Of a stretch of 64,000 nt of DNA, positions 28,867 through 38,000 are shown one piece after another (positions within the stretch are counted from its first letter, which is position 1; the number at the start of each line of letters is the position of its first letter). A model generated the notes under the pieces. The model did no database searches and had not been told where the DNA came from. It saw only the letters and a program-made list of their open reading frames with translations. A program made the position numbers and the translations under genes. This DNA comes from Spirochaetia bacterium (lineage in GTDB: Bacteria > Spirochaetota > Spirochaetia > UBA9216), in the NCBI GenBank assembly GCA_963675665.1, contig OY776510.1:4608001-4672000 (forward strand). Direction: 5' to 3'.

Positions 28867-30580
28867 TCATCCATCCTCTGGTAAACTGGTCTATCTCTTT
28901 GTAGGATTTCATTTCAAAAATCATACCGACAAGCTCCTCGGCCTCTGTCATTGAAACAGACCTTATAATGTTCTTGATTTCCGGTATGCTGAACGAACTC
29001 ATACTGAAGACATCCAGTCCTAATCCGAGAAGAATGACGGCAGCATACGGGTCACCGGCCATTTCTCCGCACATTGCGACAGGAATACTTTGAGAATGCG
29101 CACCCTCAATAATCATTTTCAGAAGTCTTAATACTCCCGGATGAAACGGCTCATACAGGTATGCAATTTTTTCATTGCCTCTGTCAACCGCAATAGTGTA
29201 CTGTATCAGGTCATTCGTGCCGATAGAGAAAAACTTTACCTTTCTGGCCAGAATATCAGCCGTCAGGGCCGCTGACGGCACTTCAATCATTATTCCCAGA
29301 GGTATATTATGTTCGAATTCAACCCCTTCCTTGTCCAGTTCGATTCGGACCAGTTCGTAAAATTCCAGCACCTGCTCAAGTTCTTCAACCCCTGATATCA
29401 TGGGAAACATGATTCTCAGGTTCCCGTACACCGAAGCCCGAAGCAATGCCCTGAGCTGAGTTTCAAAAACGTCTTTCCTTGTCATACAGAAGCGGATTGA
29501 ACGCCATCCGAGAATGGGATTGGTTTCTTCAAAATACGCTGTTCCCGGCAGGATTTTGTCTCCGCCGAGATCTATTGTTCTTATGGTAACGGGCCTGTCT
29601 CCCATTGACATAAGGACCCGTTTGTATGCCTGATACTGCTCTTCCTCGGAAGCAAACTCTCCCGGCTGTATAAAAAAGAATTCGGACCTGTAAAGGCCTA
29701 TACCGTCAGCCCCGTGAGAAAGAGCTGAATCTGTTTCTTCCGGAATCTCAATATTGGCTTTCAGCAGGATCTTTCGGCCGTCCCTTGTCTCTGCAGCCAG
29801 CTGATTAAGGTTGAGAAGTTCTATCTCCTTTTTCTGCCATACGGTAAGCTTTTTCCGGTAAAATTCCAGAGTCTCTTCATCCGGCTGTACTATTACAGTG
29901 CCTCTTGAACCGTCTATAATTATCTGATCGCCGTTTTTGACCTCAGCGGTTATATTTCTCAACCCAAGAACAGCAGGTATCTCAAAAGCCCGGGCAAGTA
30001 TTGCCGTATGAGAAGTTTTTCCACCGGCATCCGTGGCAATCCCCTTGACCATTCTTTTATCCATGGTCAGAGTATCCGAAGGCAGCAGTTCATGCGCGAT
30101 AAGGATTACTTCTTCGGTTAAATCGGTAAGATCAACTCTTTTCTTGTAAAGCAGATTACCCAGTACTCTTCTGGCTACATCACGAATGTCAAAAATTCTT
30201 TCTTTTAAATACTCATCTGTTGCGCCCTTCAAAAGCTCCATATAGGCTTTAAAAGTTTCATAAAGCGCCCATTCAGCATTACAGAATTCTTTCGAAATTT
30301 TAATTTTAATCTGTTCAGACAATTCCGGATCTTCAAGCATCAGAATATGGGCATCAAGGAAACCGGCCTCATTCAGACTGTTTTCTACATGAAGGGAATT
30401 TCTCAGCTGAATAAGTTCTTCTTTTGTCTTTTTTACAGCAACTTCAAGTCTTGCCAGTTCTCCACTGACTTCTTCAGGTTTAAGCCTGTATTCCGGTACC
30501 CTCAGATATTCATCAAGATGAAAGAAAACTTTTCCGATTACAATACCCTGAGAGGCGGAAATTCCATGCAATTTTTTCAT
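28835..30580 (-). CDS. ptsI: PTS enzyme I
   Basis: GGKTSHTAILAR phospho-His, GIGLYRSEF, SIGTNDLIQY, MCGEMAGD. Confidence 0.96.
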   Translation of the reverse strand: MKKLHGISASQGIVIGKVFFHLDEYLRVPEYRLKPEEVSGELARLEVAVKKTKEELIQLRNSLHVENSLNEAGFLDAHILMLEDPELSEQIKIKISKEFCNAEWALYETFKAYMELLKGATDEYLKERIFDIRDVARRVLGNLLYKKRVDLTDLTEEVILIAHELLPSDTLTMDKRMVKGIATDAGGKTSHTAILARAFEIPAVLGLRNITAEVKNGDQIIIDGSRGTVIVQPDEETLEFYRKKLTVWQKKEIELLNLNQLAAETRDGRKILLKANIEIPEETDSALSHGADGIGLYRSEFFFIQPGEFASEEEQYQAYKRVLMSMGDRPVTIRTIDLGGDKILPGTAYFEETNPILGWRSIRFCMTRKDVFETQLRALLRASVYGNLRIMFPMISGVEELEQVLEFYELVRIELDKEGVEFEHNIPLGIMIEVPSAALTADILARKVKFFSIGTNDLIQYTIAVDRGNEKIAYLYEPFHPGVLRLLKMIIEGAHSQSIPVAMCGEMAGDPYAAVILLGLGLDVFSMSSFSIPEIKNIIRSVSMTEAEELVGMIFEMKSYKEIDQFTRGWMNERFEYLKQQ

Positions 30581-30589
30581 TACGTTCTA

Positions 30590-30618
30590 ACTATAAAGCA
30601 TTTAATACACGCCGTCAA
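30590..30618 (-). promoter_or_regulatory. sigma70-type promoter of ptsI
   Basis: TTGACG-N17-TATAGT, 9 nt before the ATG. Confidence 0.65.
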
Positions 30619-30710
30619 ATATTCAAATTAAATCTTTGATTCAATTAATCCGGGCTTTTCGGCGGAATATACCCGTCAAATAATAAAGTATTAATGATTG
30701 AATCTTGAAC

Positions 30711-30737
30711 TAAAAACACGTCTTAAATTGCCGATAA
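30711..30737 (+). promoter_or_regulatory. sigma28 (FliA)-type promoter
   Basis: Exact TAAA-N15-GCCGATAA, 7 nt upstream of the GerMN ATG. Confidence 0.75.
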
Positions 30738-30744
30738 GGTCAGT

Positions 30745-31536
30745 ATGGCGCGCTCAAAAAAAAATAAAACATCCATCGGTTGTCTTTTCTGGATAGCCTT
30801 AATTCTGCTTGTACTTGTTATTTTCCTCTTTAACAGGGAAACAATTCAGAAAGTACTCGATGAAACCGGCTTTCTTGAAGTTGTACGCAATAATGATGAA
30901 GAATCAGAACCTGAAGTAGAACAGATTATAATACCTGAAGAGACCGAAAGCGAGGAGGCACCTGCTGCTCCTGAAGGAACAGCCGTTGAAGGAAATGAAA
31001 CACCGGAATCAGAGCGGACGGACGAAACAGTAGTCGCGCTTGAAGTTGAACCGGAGAAGCCGGAAAGTGTAGAGACTCCGTCGGACGAACCTGAACAAAA
31101 TCGTAAAGTGCGGCGCTCAAAGATGTACTTTATCCAGATAAATGATGACGGAGAGATTGGTCTTAAAAGCATTGTAAGACCGGTATATTATATCGATTCG
31201 CCGCTGACGGAAACCATAAAAACCCTTCTTGACGGCCTTTCAAGTTCAGAACTTAATATGGGACTAATCAGTCTTATTCCGGAGCAGACAGAACTTTTAT
31301 CCATAAACCTTAAAAACGGAACAGCATATCTGAATTTTTCAGACAGCTTCAGATTCAATTCCTTCGGTGTAGAAGGCTATAATGCACAGCTGAAACAAAT
31401 CGTCTATACTGTAACTGAATTCGCCAATATTGAATCTGTTCAGATTCTGATTGAAGGCTCCATTATCGATTATATGGGTCCGGAAGGCGGATATATCGGC
31501 AAACCTATATCCAGGAACACGTTTACAGAGCAGTAA
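30745..31536 (+). CDS. GerMN-domain membrane protein
   Basis: N-terminal TM, acidic linker, then LL.G.S..E...G.ISLIP..T.LLS......AYLNFS..F...QIVYTVTEF..IESVQILIEG. Confidence 0.85.
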   Translation: MARSKKNKTSIGCLFWIALILLVLVIFLFNRETIQKVLDETGFLEVVRNNDEESEPEVEQIIIPEETESEEAPAAPEGTAVEGNETPESERTDETVVALEVEPEKPESVETPSDEPEQNRKVRRSKMYFIQINDDGEIGLKSIVRPVYYIDSPLTETIKTLLDGLSSSELNMGLISLIPEQTELLSINLKNGTAYLNFSDSFRFNSFGVEGYNAQLKQIVYTVTEFANIESVQILIEGSIIDYMGPEGGYIGKPISRNTFTEQ

Positions 31537-31596
31537 CCTGATTGACAGAAGTAAAACCGCAATATCCTTACAATTGCGGCCGAACCTCCGTCAGTC

Positions 31597-31899
31597 TCAG
31601 GTATAATAATCTACAGCCTGCCGGGCCTCGGCAGCCGTTTTAATTATCTTCCCAACTTCCTGGTGCATCGGATGTATTTGATATGCATCAAGATCCGCCT
31701 GAGAATCAAACCCGGTATAAAGAAAGAGGTCCCAGGTTGAACCGGGCATATCAATACCGATACCGACTTCTATGTCTTTTAATTCCTCGATTATCCCTTC
31801 CAGCGCTTCAAGTCTTTCTTTAATAAGAATCGCGTTTTCAGCCTTGTTTCGGCCATCGGCATTATCCTTTAATTTCCACATAACTACATGTTTTAACAT
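31597..31899 (-). CDS. Dabb (stress-responsive A/B barrel) protein
   Basis: MLKHVVMWKLK...L..Y..HP.H...VDY. Confidence 0.88.
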   Translation of the reverse strand: MLKHVVMWKLKDNADGRNKAENAILIKERLEALEGIIEELKDIEVGIGIDMPGSTWDLFLYTGFDSQADLDAYQIHPMHQEVGKIIKTAAEARQAVDYYT

Positions 31900-32690
31900 A
31901 AATTTCTCCCTAAAAATGATTCTATAACCCTGCTATTACCGGACTCTTCATTCTGATCACTCAGATGCAATTTAAACAGAAATTCTGTGTTTCCTTTCCC
32001 GCCTTTTATTGGTGACTCCAGCACTGCTTCAAGTTTAACGCCGTCCTCAGCCAAGCCCGCAGCCGTTTGCCGGAGAACCGCAACAAGCAGCAGCCTGTCC
32101 CGTATAATACCGTCAAAGCCTTCTGTTTCCGATAGTTCAAACTGCGGTTTAATCAGAGCGATCAGAAGATTGGCTTTCGTCAACTTAAGAATATGTGAAG
32201 CAGCGCCCCTTATCGATCGAAAAGATAAATCGGCTACCGCAAAATCCGGTCGGGGGTCAAGCGATACAACAGACATAACATTGGTCTTTTCAAGCACATT
32301 AACACGGCAGTCGGTTCGCAGTCTGTAATCAAGCTGATTATAACCGACATCAATCGAATGGACCTTTGCCGCACCATAGTACAGCAAACAGTCGGTAAAC
32401 CCCCCGGTAGAAGCCCCGGCATCAATGACCGTTTTATCTTTAACATCTATTCTCCATTCCAGAACAGCATGTTCAAGCTTTTCTCCGCCTCTTGAAACCC
32501 ATTTTCGGGATTGTATTTCTATTGTTGCACCAGGAATAACCATTCGCCCGGGTTCGCGAATTGTCTCCCTGTTAACCTTCACCTCACCGCACATTATCAT
32601 CGAATATAATTCCTTCTCGGTGTATTCACCATACCGGTTAGAGAGAATTCTGATTAATGGTTCTTTTTTAGGCTTGCGCTCTGTCTTCAT
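31893..32690 (-). CDS. tlyA: TlyA family rRNA methyltransferase
   Basis: S4-like N-terminus, VSRGGEKL, DAGASTGGFTDCLL, LIKPQFE, GNTEF. Confidence 0.93.
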   Translation of the reverse strand: MKTERKPKKEPLIRILSNRYGEYTEKELYSMIMCGEVKVNRETIREPGRMVIPGATIEIQSRKWVSRGGEKLEHAVLEWRIDVKDKTVIDAGASTGGFTDCLLYYGAAKVHSIDVGYNQLDYRLRTDCRVNVLEKTNVMSVVSLDPRPDFAVADLSFRSIRGAASHILKLTKANLLIALIKPQFELSETEGFDGIIRDRLLLVAVLRQTAAGLAEDGVKLEAVLESPIKGGKGNTEFLFKLHLSDQNEESGNSRVIESFLGRNLC

Positions 32691-32695
32691 TCCCG

Positions 32696-33490
32696 TTACA
32701 GGCTTTTTTCGTTTATTCGCTGTATATTTAAAGTTTTACCGTTATTTTTATCAATCGTCAGCAGAACGCCGTTCATTGTAGCAGGTATATCCTCTATTTC
32801 CATTTTAAGCGGCATCTGTGTCTGCTGTCTTTTTATTGCAGTATCGCTGTTAGAACCAATGACACCGGCTTCAGGTCCTGTCATACCTATATCAGTTATA
32901 TATGCGGTTCCGTTTTCCAGAATACGCTCATCACCGGTTTGTATATGGGTGTGAGTTCCTGTAACAGAAGAAACCTGTCCGTCAAGATAAATAGCCAGGG
33001 CTTCTTTCTCTTCAACATTTTCAGCATGGAAATCGACAATTATTATATCTGTTTCCTTCTTAAGTTTTCTTACTTCTTCCTTTCCTACGCTAAACGGACA
33101 ATCCAGATTTGACATATCTACACGTCCCTGCAAATTTAAAAAAGCAACTTTTGTTCCCTTTACATCAACAATACATGAACCGTGTCCGGGGGCCTTTTTG
33201 GGGTAATTGGCAGGCCTCAGTAATTCCGGTTTTGATTCAAGCATCGGAAAAATTTCCTTTTTCTGCCAGACATGGTTGCCGGTAGTTATTACATCTGCTC
33301 CGCTTGAAAAAATCATCTGCGCATTTTCGGGCAGAATGCCGAAACCGTCTGCAGCATTCTCGCCGTTTACCATAACTACATCGGCTTTATATTTTTTAAC
33401 GAGTTTTTTTATTCCTATAAAAACAGCCCTGCAGCCTGGCTGACCAATTATGTCACCAAGAAGCAGGGCATTTATCGTATCAGACATCAT
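32696..33490 (-). CDS. ymdB: YmdB-like metallophosphoesterase
   Basis: GDIIG, NGENAA, TTGNH, DFHAE, GTHTHIQT, DIGMTG; follows rny. Confidence 0.92.
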   Translation of the reverse strand: MMSDTINALLLGDIIGQPGCRAVFIGIKKLVKKYKADVVMVNGENAADGFGILPENAQMIFSSGADVITTGNHVWQKKEIFPMLESKPELLRPANYPKKAPGHGSCIVDVKGTKVAFLNLQGRVDMSNLDCPFSVGKEEVRKLKKETDIIIVDFHAENVEEKEALAIYLDGQVSSVTGTHTHIQTGDERILENGTAYITDIGMTGPEAGVIGSNSDTAIKRQQTQMPLKMEIEDIPATMNGVLLTIDKNNGKTLNIQRINEKSL

Positions 33491-33494
33491 TCCG

Positions 33495-35024
33495 TTATCT
33501 TGCGTACTCGGTCACTCTGGTTTCCCGGATAATAGTAACTTTTATACGTCCCGGGTACCTCAGCTCATCCTCTATACGCTTGGCAATATCCTTTGCAAGT
33601 ATTTTTGAGTCATCATCACTTACAGCTTCGTTATTTACCATAATTCTTAATTCACGACCAGCCTGAATCGCAAAAGCCTTTGAAACACCTTCGAAATCTT
33701 CAGCAATATTTTCAAGGTTCTCAAGGCGTTTGATGTAATTATTCAGCGTTTCACGTCTTGCGCCCGGTCTTGATGCTGATATCGCATCTGCAACCTGTAC
33801 TATCACAGCTTCGATTGTCTGAGGCTCCACATCATTGTGATGTGCAATTATGGCATTAACAACCCGAGGGTCTTCACCCATCTTTTTCGCCAGGCCTGAA
33901 CCCAACTCAGCATGGTTTTCATCGCCTTCGCTCTCAATACCTTTGCCGATATCATGCAGCAAAGCAGCTCTTTTGGCAATTTCCCTGTCCGCACCAATTT
34001 CAGCAGCAATCATGCCGGCTATTACAGCTACTTCCTTTGAGTGATCAAGCACATTCTGTGCATAACTGGTTCTGTAGCGAAGCCTTCCGAGAGCACGGAC
34101 TCCATCCTGCGGAATATTATGAATACCCAGGTCAAAAACAACCTTTTCACCTTCTTCAATGATGGTTTGATTTATCTCTTTGGTTACTTTGTTAACAACC
34201 TCTTCGATTCTTGCCGGATGTATTCTTCCGTCCGAAATCAACCTCTCAAGAGCCACTCTTGCTATCTCTTTTCTTACAGGATCAAAACATGAGATAACCA
34301 CTGCTTCGGGAGTATCATCTATAATGATATCCACCCCGGTCAGAGTTTCAAGAGAACGAATATTTCGTCCCTCACGGCCGATAATCCGGCCTTTCATCTC
34401 ATCATTCGGCAGGTTTACCGATGTAATAGTTACATCAGAACTTACTTCCGTGGCCAAACGCTGAATTGTGCCCATTATTATGCTGCGAGCTTTTTTATCC
34501 GCATTTTTCTGGGCTTCCTGTTCTACTTTATTAACAAGAACAAGAGCATCCTTTTTAGCCTCACTCTCCATAGATTTTATTATTAAATCTTTGGCTTCAT
34601 CACCGGTGATACCGGCAATTTTTTCGAGCTCAGCCTTCCAGCGCTCCTCTTCTTTTTCGAGATAATTTTCTTTTTCTCTTAACTTATCCTCTCGCCCGAC
34701 AATAGCACGTTCCTGATTCTCCAGTGCTGCTGACTTTCTGTCTAGATTTTCTTCTCTTTGTAACGACCTTCTTTCAAGTCTCTGAATTTCATTCCTTCTT
34801 TCTCTGAGCTCCTTTTCCTGTTGAGCTCTTTCTTTAAGCAGTTCGTCTTTCGTCTCCAGCAATAACTCTCGTTTTTTTGCTTCAGCTTCCTTAACTGCAT
34901 CCTGATTCAAACGTGCAGCTTTCTGCTCCGACGAAGACAACTGAAATCTGGCATAAAGCCATCTTATTATCCAACCTAGAACTATTCCAACGAGAGGAAG
35001 AATTATCAACTTAAAATCAAGCAT
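33495..35024 (-). CDS. rny: Ribonuclease Y
   Basis: TM, coiled coil, KH (MKGRIIGREGRNIR), HD domain (LLHDIGK), ADAISASRPGAR. Confidence 0.97.
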   Translation of the reverse strand: MLDFKLIILPLVGIVLGWIIRWLYARFQLSSSEQKAARLNQDAVKEAEAKKRELLLETKDELLKERAQQEKELRERRNEIQRLERRSLQREENLDRKSAALENQERAIVGREDKLREKENYLEKEEERWKAELEKIAGITGDEAKDLIIKSMESEAKKDALVLVNKVEQEAQKNADKKARSIIMGTIQRLATEVSSDVTITSVNLPNDEMKGRIIGREGRNIRSLETLTGVDIIIDDTPEAVVISCFDPVRKEIARVALERLISDGRIHPARIEEVVNKVTKEINQTIIEEGEKVVFDLGIHNIPQDGVRALGRLRYRTSYAQNVLDHSKEVAVIAGMIAAEIGADREIAKRAALLHDIGKGIESEGDENHAELGSGLAKKMGEDPRVVNAIIAHHNDVEPQTIEAVIVQVADAISASRPGARRETLNNYIKRLENLENIAEDFEGVSKAFAIQAGRELRIMVNNEAVSDDDSKILAKDIAKRIEDELRYPGRIKVTIIRETRVTEYAR

Positions 35025-35056
35025 AATCTTCCTCCATTATACGTCTTACCTGTTGA

Positions 35057-35085
35057 ATTATATTTAAAGAACTTGTATTGGTCAA
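35057..35085 (-). promoter_or_regulatory. sigma70-type promoter of rny-ymdB-tlyA
   Basis: TTGACC-N17-TATAAT. Confidence 0.8.
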
Positions 35086-35090
35086 GCAAG

Positions 35091-38000
35091 TTATTTTATT
35101 AAAACTCTAATATAATCGGTAAGCTTTTTATCAGCCGTTTTCAAACCGGCAAAAAGATACGCATTCTGTTCCTGGAATTTTACAGGAATATAAAGATAAC
35201 CGCTAAAATGTACTCTATCCTCCTTTTTTATCCGATCATCTATACTTACAATTCCCGACTCACTTCCCTTGACAAACAGAAACGTTTTTTTATCAATAAT
35301 CTGTGTAAAAAATGGTTCATCCATTTTAAAAGCCATGAGGTTACGGCCTCTTGAATCCATTCCTACAGAATATTCCACTTTTACCTTATTACCCTGCGTT
35401 GTTATTATAGCAGCGCATAATGCATTAACTTTCTGTGAAACTCTTAATAAAGACTTGGATATTCCGGTAATATTCATATTGTATTCATTAAGGAAAAGAT
35501 CGTAATCCAAACCGCTATCCGAAAGAAGATTCGAAGATTTATATTCCTTCTTTCCGTAATCTTCATCTGTTTCTGCCGTACTAATATTTAAATCAAGCAG
35601 ATTAACCTCTCTGTCTGAAAATATTGATTTTATTTCACCGCTATCTTCAGAAGCTTTCCCAATAACTGCGTCTACAAGCTCTTTAAAATTCTCATTTTTA
35701 GGCCCGGAACCGGATATTGTATCCTCGGAGATATAAAATATTCCATCCTCTTCCTTAATACTGTCGCCAATATTTTTTGTAAATTCGCCAATAACATCTT
35801 CAAGTGTTAATATTTCAATTCTATCGTTATAAACGTTATTCAGCTCATTAAGAAAATCACGTTCCTCAGGAGACAAGTTGATTGCTACAGCTTCCTGCTC
35901 TTTTTCCGGAACTTTCTTTTCTTTTTTGGTTTCCGAAGATGCAACATCTTTAGTTAAAGGTTCCAGTGGTTGTACCTCGACAGCTATTGACGGCCGCCCT
36001 TCCTTAATTGCCTTATAGTCAATATTATAATTATATTTTTTATAGTATAACGCGGATTTACTATCCCTGACCGGGCTCTCAATCTCTATTACTATTCCCA
36101 CCTCACTTTCAGAATCATCTTCGAAGAGTTCAAGCTCTTCGACTTCCTCGAGAACTTCCTCGGAAGGTATTTCCTCAACTTTACCTCCCAACTCAGAAGA
36201 TGATTCCTCAAGTTCCTCAAGTTCCTCAAGTTCCTCAAGTTCCTCAAGTTCCTCAAGTTCCTCAAGTTCCTCAAGTTCCTCAAGTTCCTCAAGTTCCTCA
36301 AGTTCCTCAAGTTCCTCAAGCTCCTCAAGCTCGTCAAGTTCCTCTAGTTCCTCAAGTTCTTCTGCTACTTCCAGGAGTTCAACTGGCGACTCACTTTCCA
36401 CTTCCTCAAGCTCGTCAAGTTCTTCAAGTTCCTCAAGCTCCTCTGTTACTTCCAGAAGTTCAACTGGCGACTCACTTTCCACTTCCTCAAGCTCATCAAG
36501 TTCTTCAAGTTCACCAGAAAAGTCCTCGTCTAATTCCTCAAGTGTTTCAATCTCTTCATAATCCTCAGACACATCATTTTCTGCAACGGTTTCTATCTCA
36601 AATTCATCGTCAAAAACAGCAATATCGCCAACAGCATTCTGCTCCTTAAACATCTCTTCAAGATTAAAAGGTTCACTACCAAGGATATCTTTATCAGGAT
36701 AAATCTCTCTCAACTTCTCCTGCAGGCTTGTTTCTTCAGGTTTTTCTATATCATTTTCAATTGTTATAGTGAATTCTTCATCAAATTCTTTTACAAATAT
36801 ATGGTCAACCCGTATTCCGGTTTCTATTCTTTCTTCTTTCACGACGAGTTTCTCGGGAAATTCTTTCTCATCTTCTTCGAGCTCGGCGACTTCTTCAAAG
36901 TCGCTTACTTCTTCGAGCTCTTCGACTTCACTGAGTTCCTCAGCTTCACCTAGCTCTTCTACTTCTTCAAGCTCCTCTACCTCTTCAACTTCTTCTAAAC
37001 TCTCCGCAGGAGAGTATTCTTCGAGCTCTTCAGCTTCTTCAAGCTCTTCAGCTTCTTCTATTGCTTCAACTTCATCAAGCTCTTCTAAACTCTCCACAGG
37101 AGAGTATTCTTCTACGTCCTCAAGCTCGGCGACTTCTTCAAAGTCGCTTACTTCTTCGAGCTCTTCGACTTCACTGAGTTCCTCAGCTTCACCTATCTCT
37201 TCAACTTCATCAAGCTCTTCTAAACTCTCCGCAGGAGAGTATTCTTCAAGCTCTTCTGCTTCCTCAAGCTCGGCGACTTCTTCTATTGCTTCAACTTCTT
37301 CTAATTCTTCAGCTTCTTCGAGCTCTTCAACTTCTTCGAGTTCGGCGACTTCTTCAAGCTCTTCTGCTTCTTCTAGTGCCTCAACTTCATCAAGCTCTTC
37401 AACTTCTTCTAATTCTTCAACTTCTTCAAGCTCTTCAGCTTCTTCTAATTCTTCAACTTCCTCAAGCTCTTCTAAACTCTCCGCAGGAGAGTATTCTTCG
37501 AGCTCTTCTGCTTCTTCTAGTGCCTCAACTTCATCAAGCTCTTCTAAACTCTCCGCAGGAGAGTATTCTTCGAGTGCTTCTAAACTCTCCACAGTAGAGT
37601 ATTCTTCTACCTTTTCAAAATCAGTTTCTTCTTTTGGAAAATCTGCTTTCTTTATCTTTTCAACCCGGCTTAATTCTGCTCCATCAGCATTTATTATAAA
37701 ATTTCCTTTCGAGATTGCCTTTTGTATGATGTTCTCAATGTTCTTTAAATCAAGCTGTTGAACAGGTTCTTTTAAACTCTTTTCACTCAGTATGTTTAGT
37801 ATCTCTTCCCAATTTTTGTCCAATAATTGGTTATATTCCTCATTTTCAGCTATTTTACCAAGACCTTTTTTAATTTCCTTATTGATTTCCTGCTTATGCA
37901 GCCGGATATTGTCACTGACGGCTTTCCAGTTTAATTCATCTCTTTTACTTATAAATTCTTTTAGAAAACTTACTTGAAGAGTTTTTATTCTGTCAGCCAT

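Noticed and set aside
35025-35090. 6S RNA, often found upstream of rny
   Set aside because: Only 66 bp, occupied by a promoter and RBS
36870-37605. Recurring TCTAAACTCTCC(G/A)CAGGAGAGTATTCTTC units as a possible CRISPR array
   Set aside because: Irregular spacing, intervening sequence is itself repetitive, and all units are in frame within a CDS
36769-37761. 330-aa Ser-rich plus-strand ORF, and the PQV (36200-36649) and LRN (36092-36337) repeat ORFs
   Set aside because: Shadow frames of the Glu-rich repeat in the 1285-aa gene; open only because the repeat lacks stops
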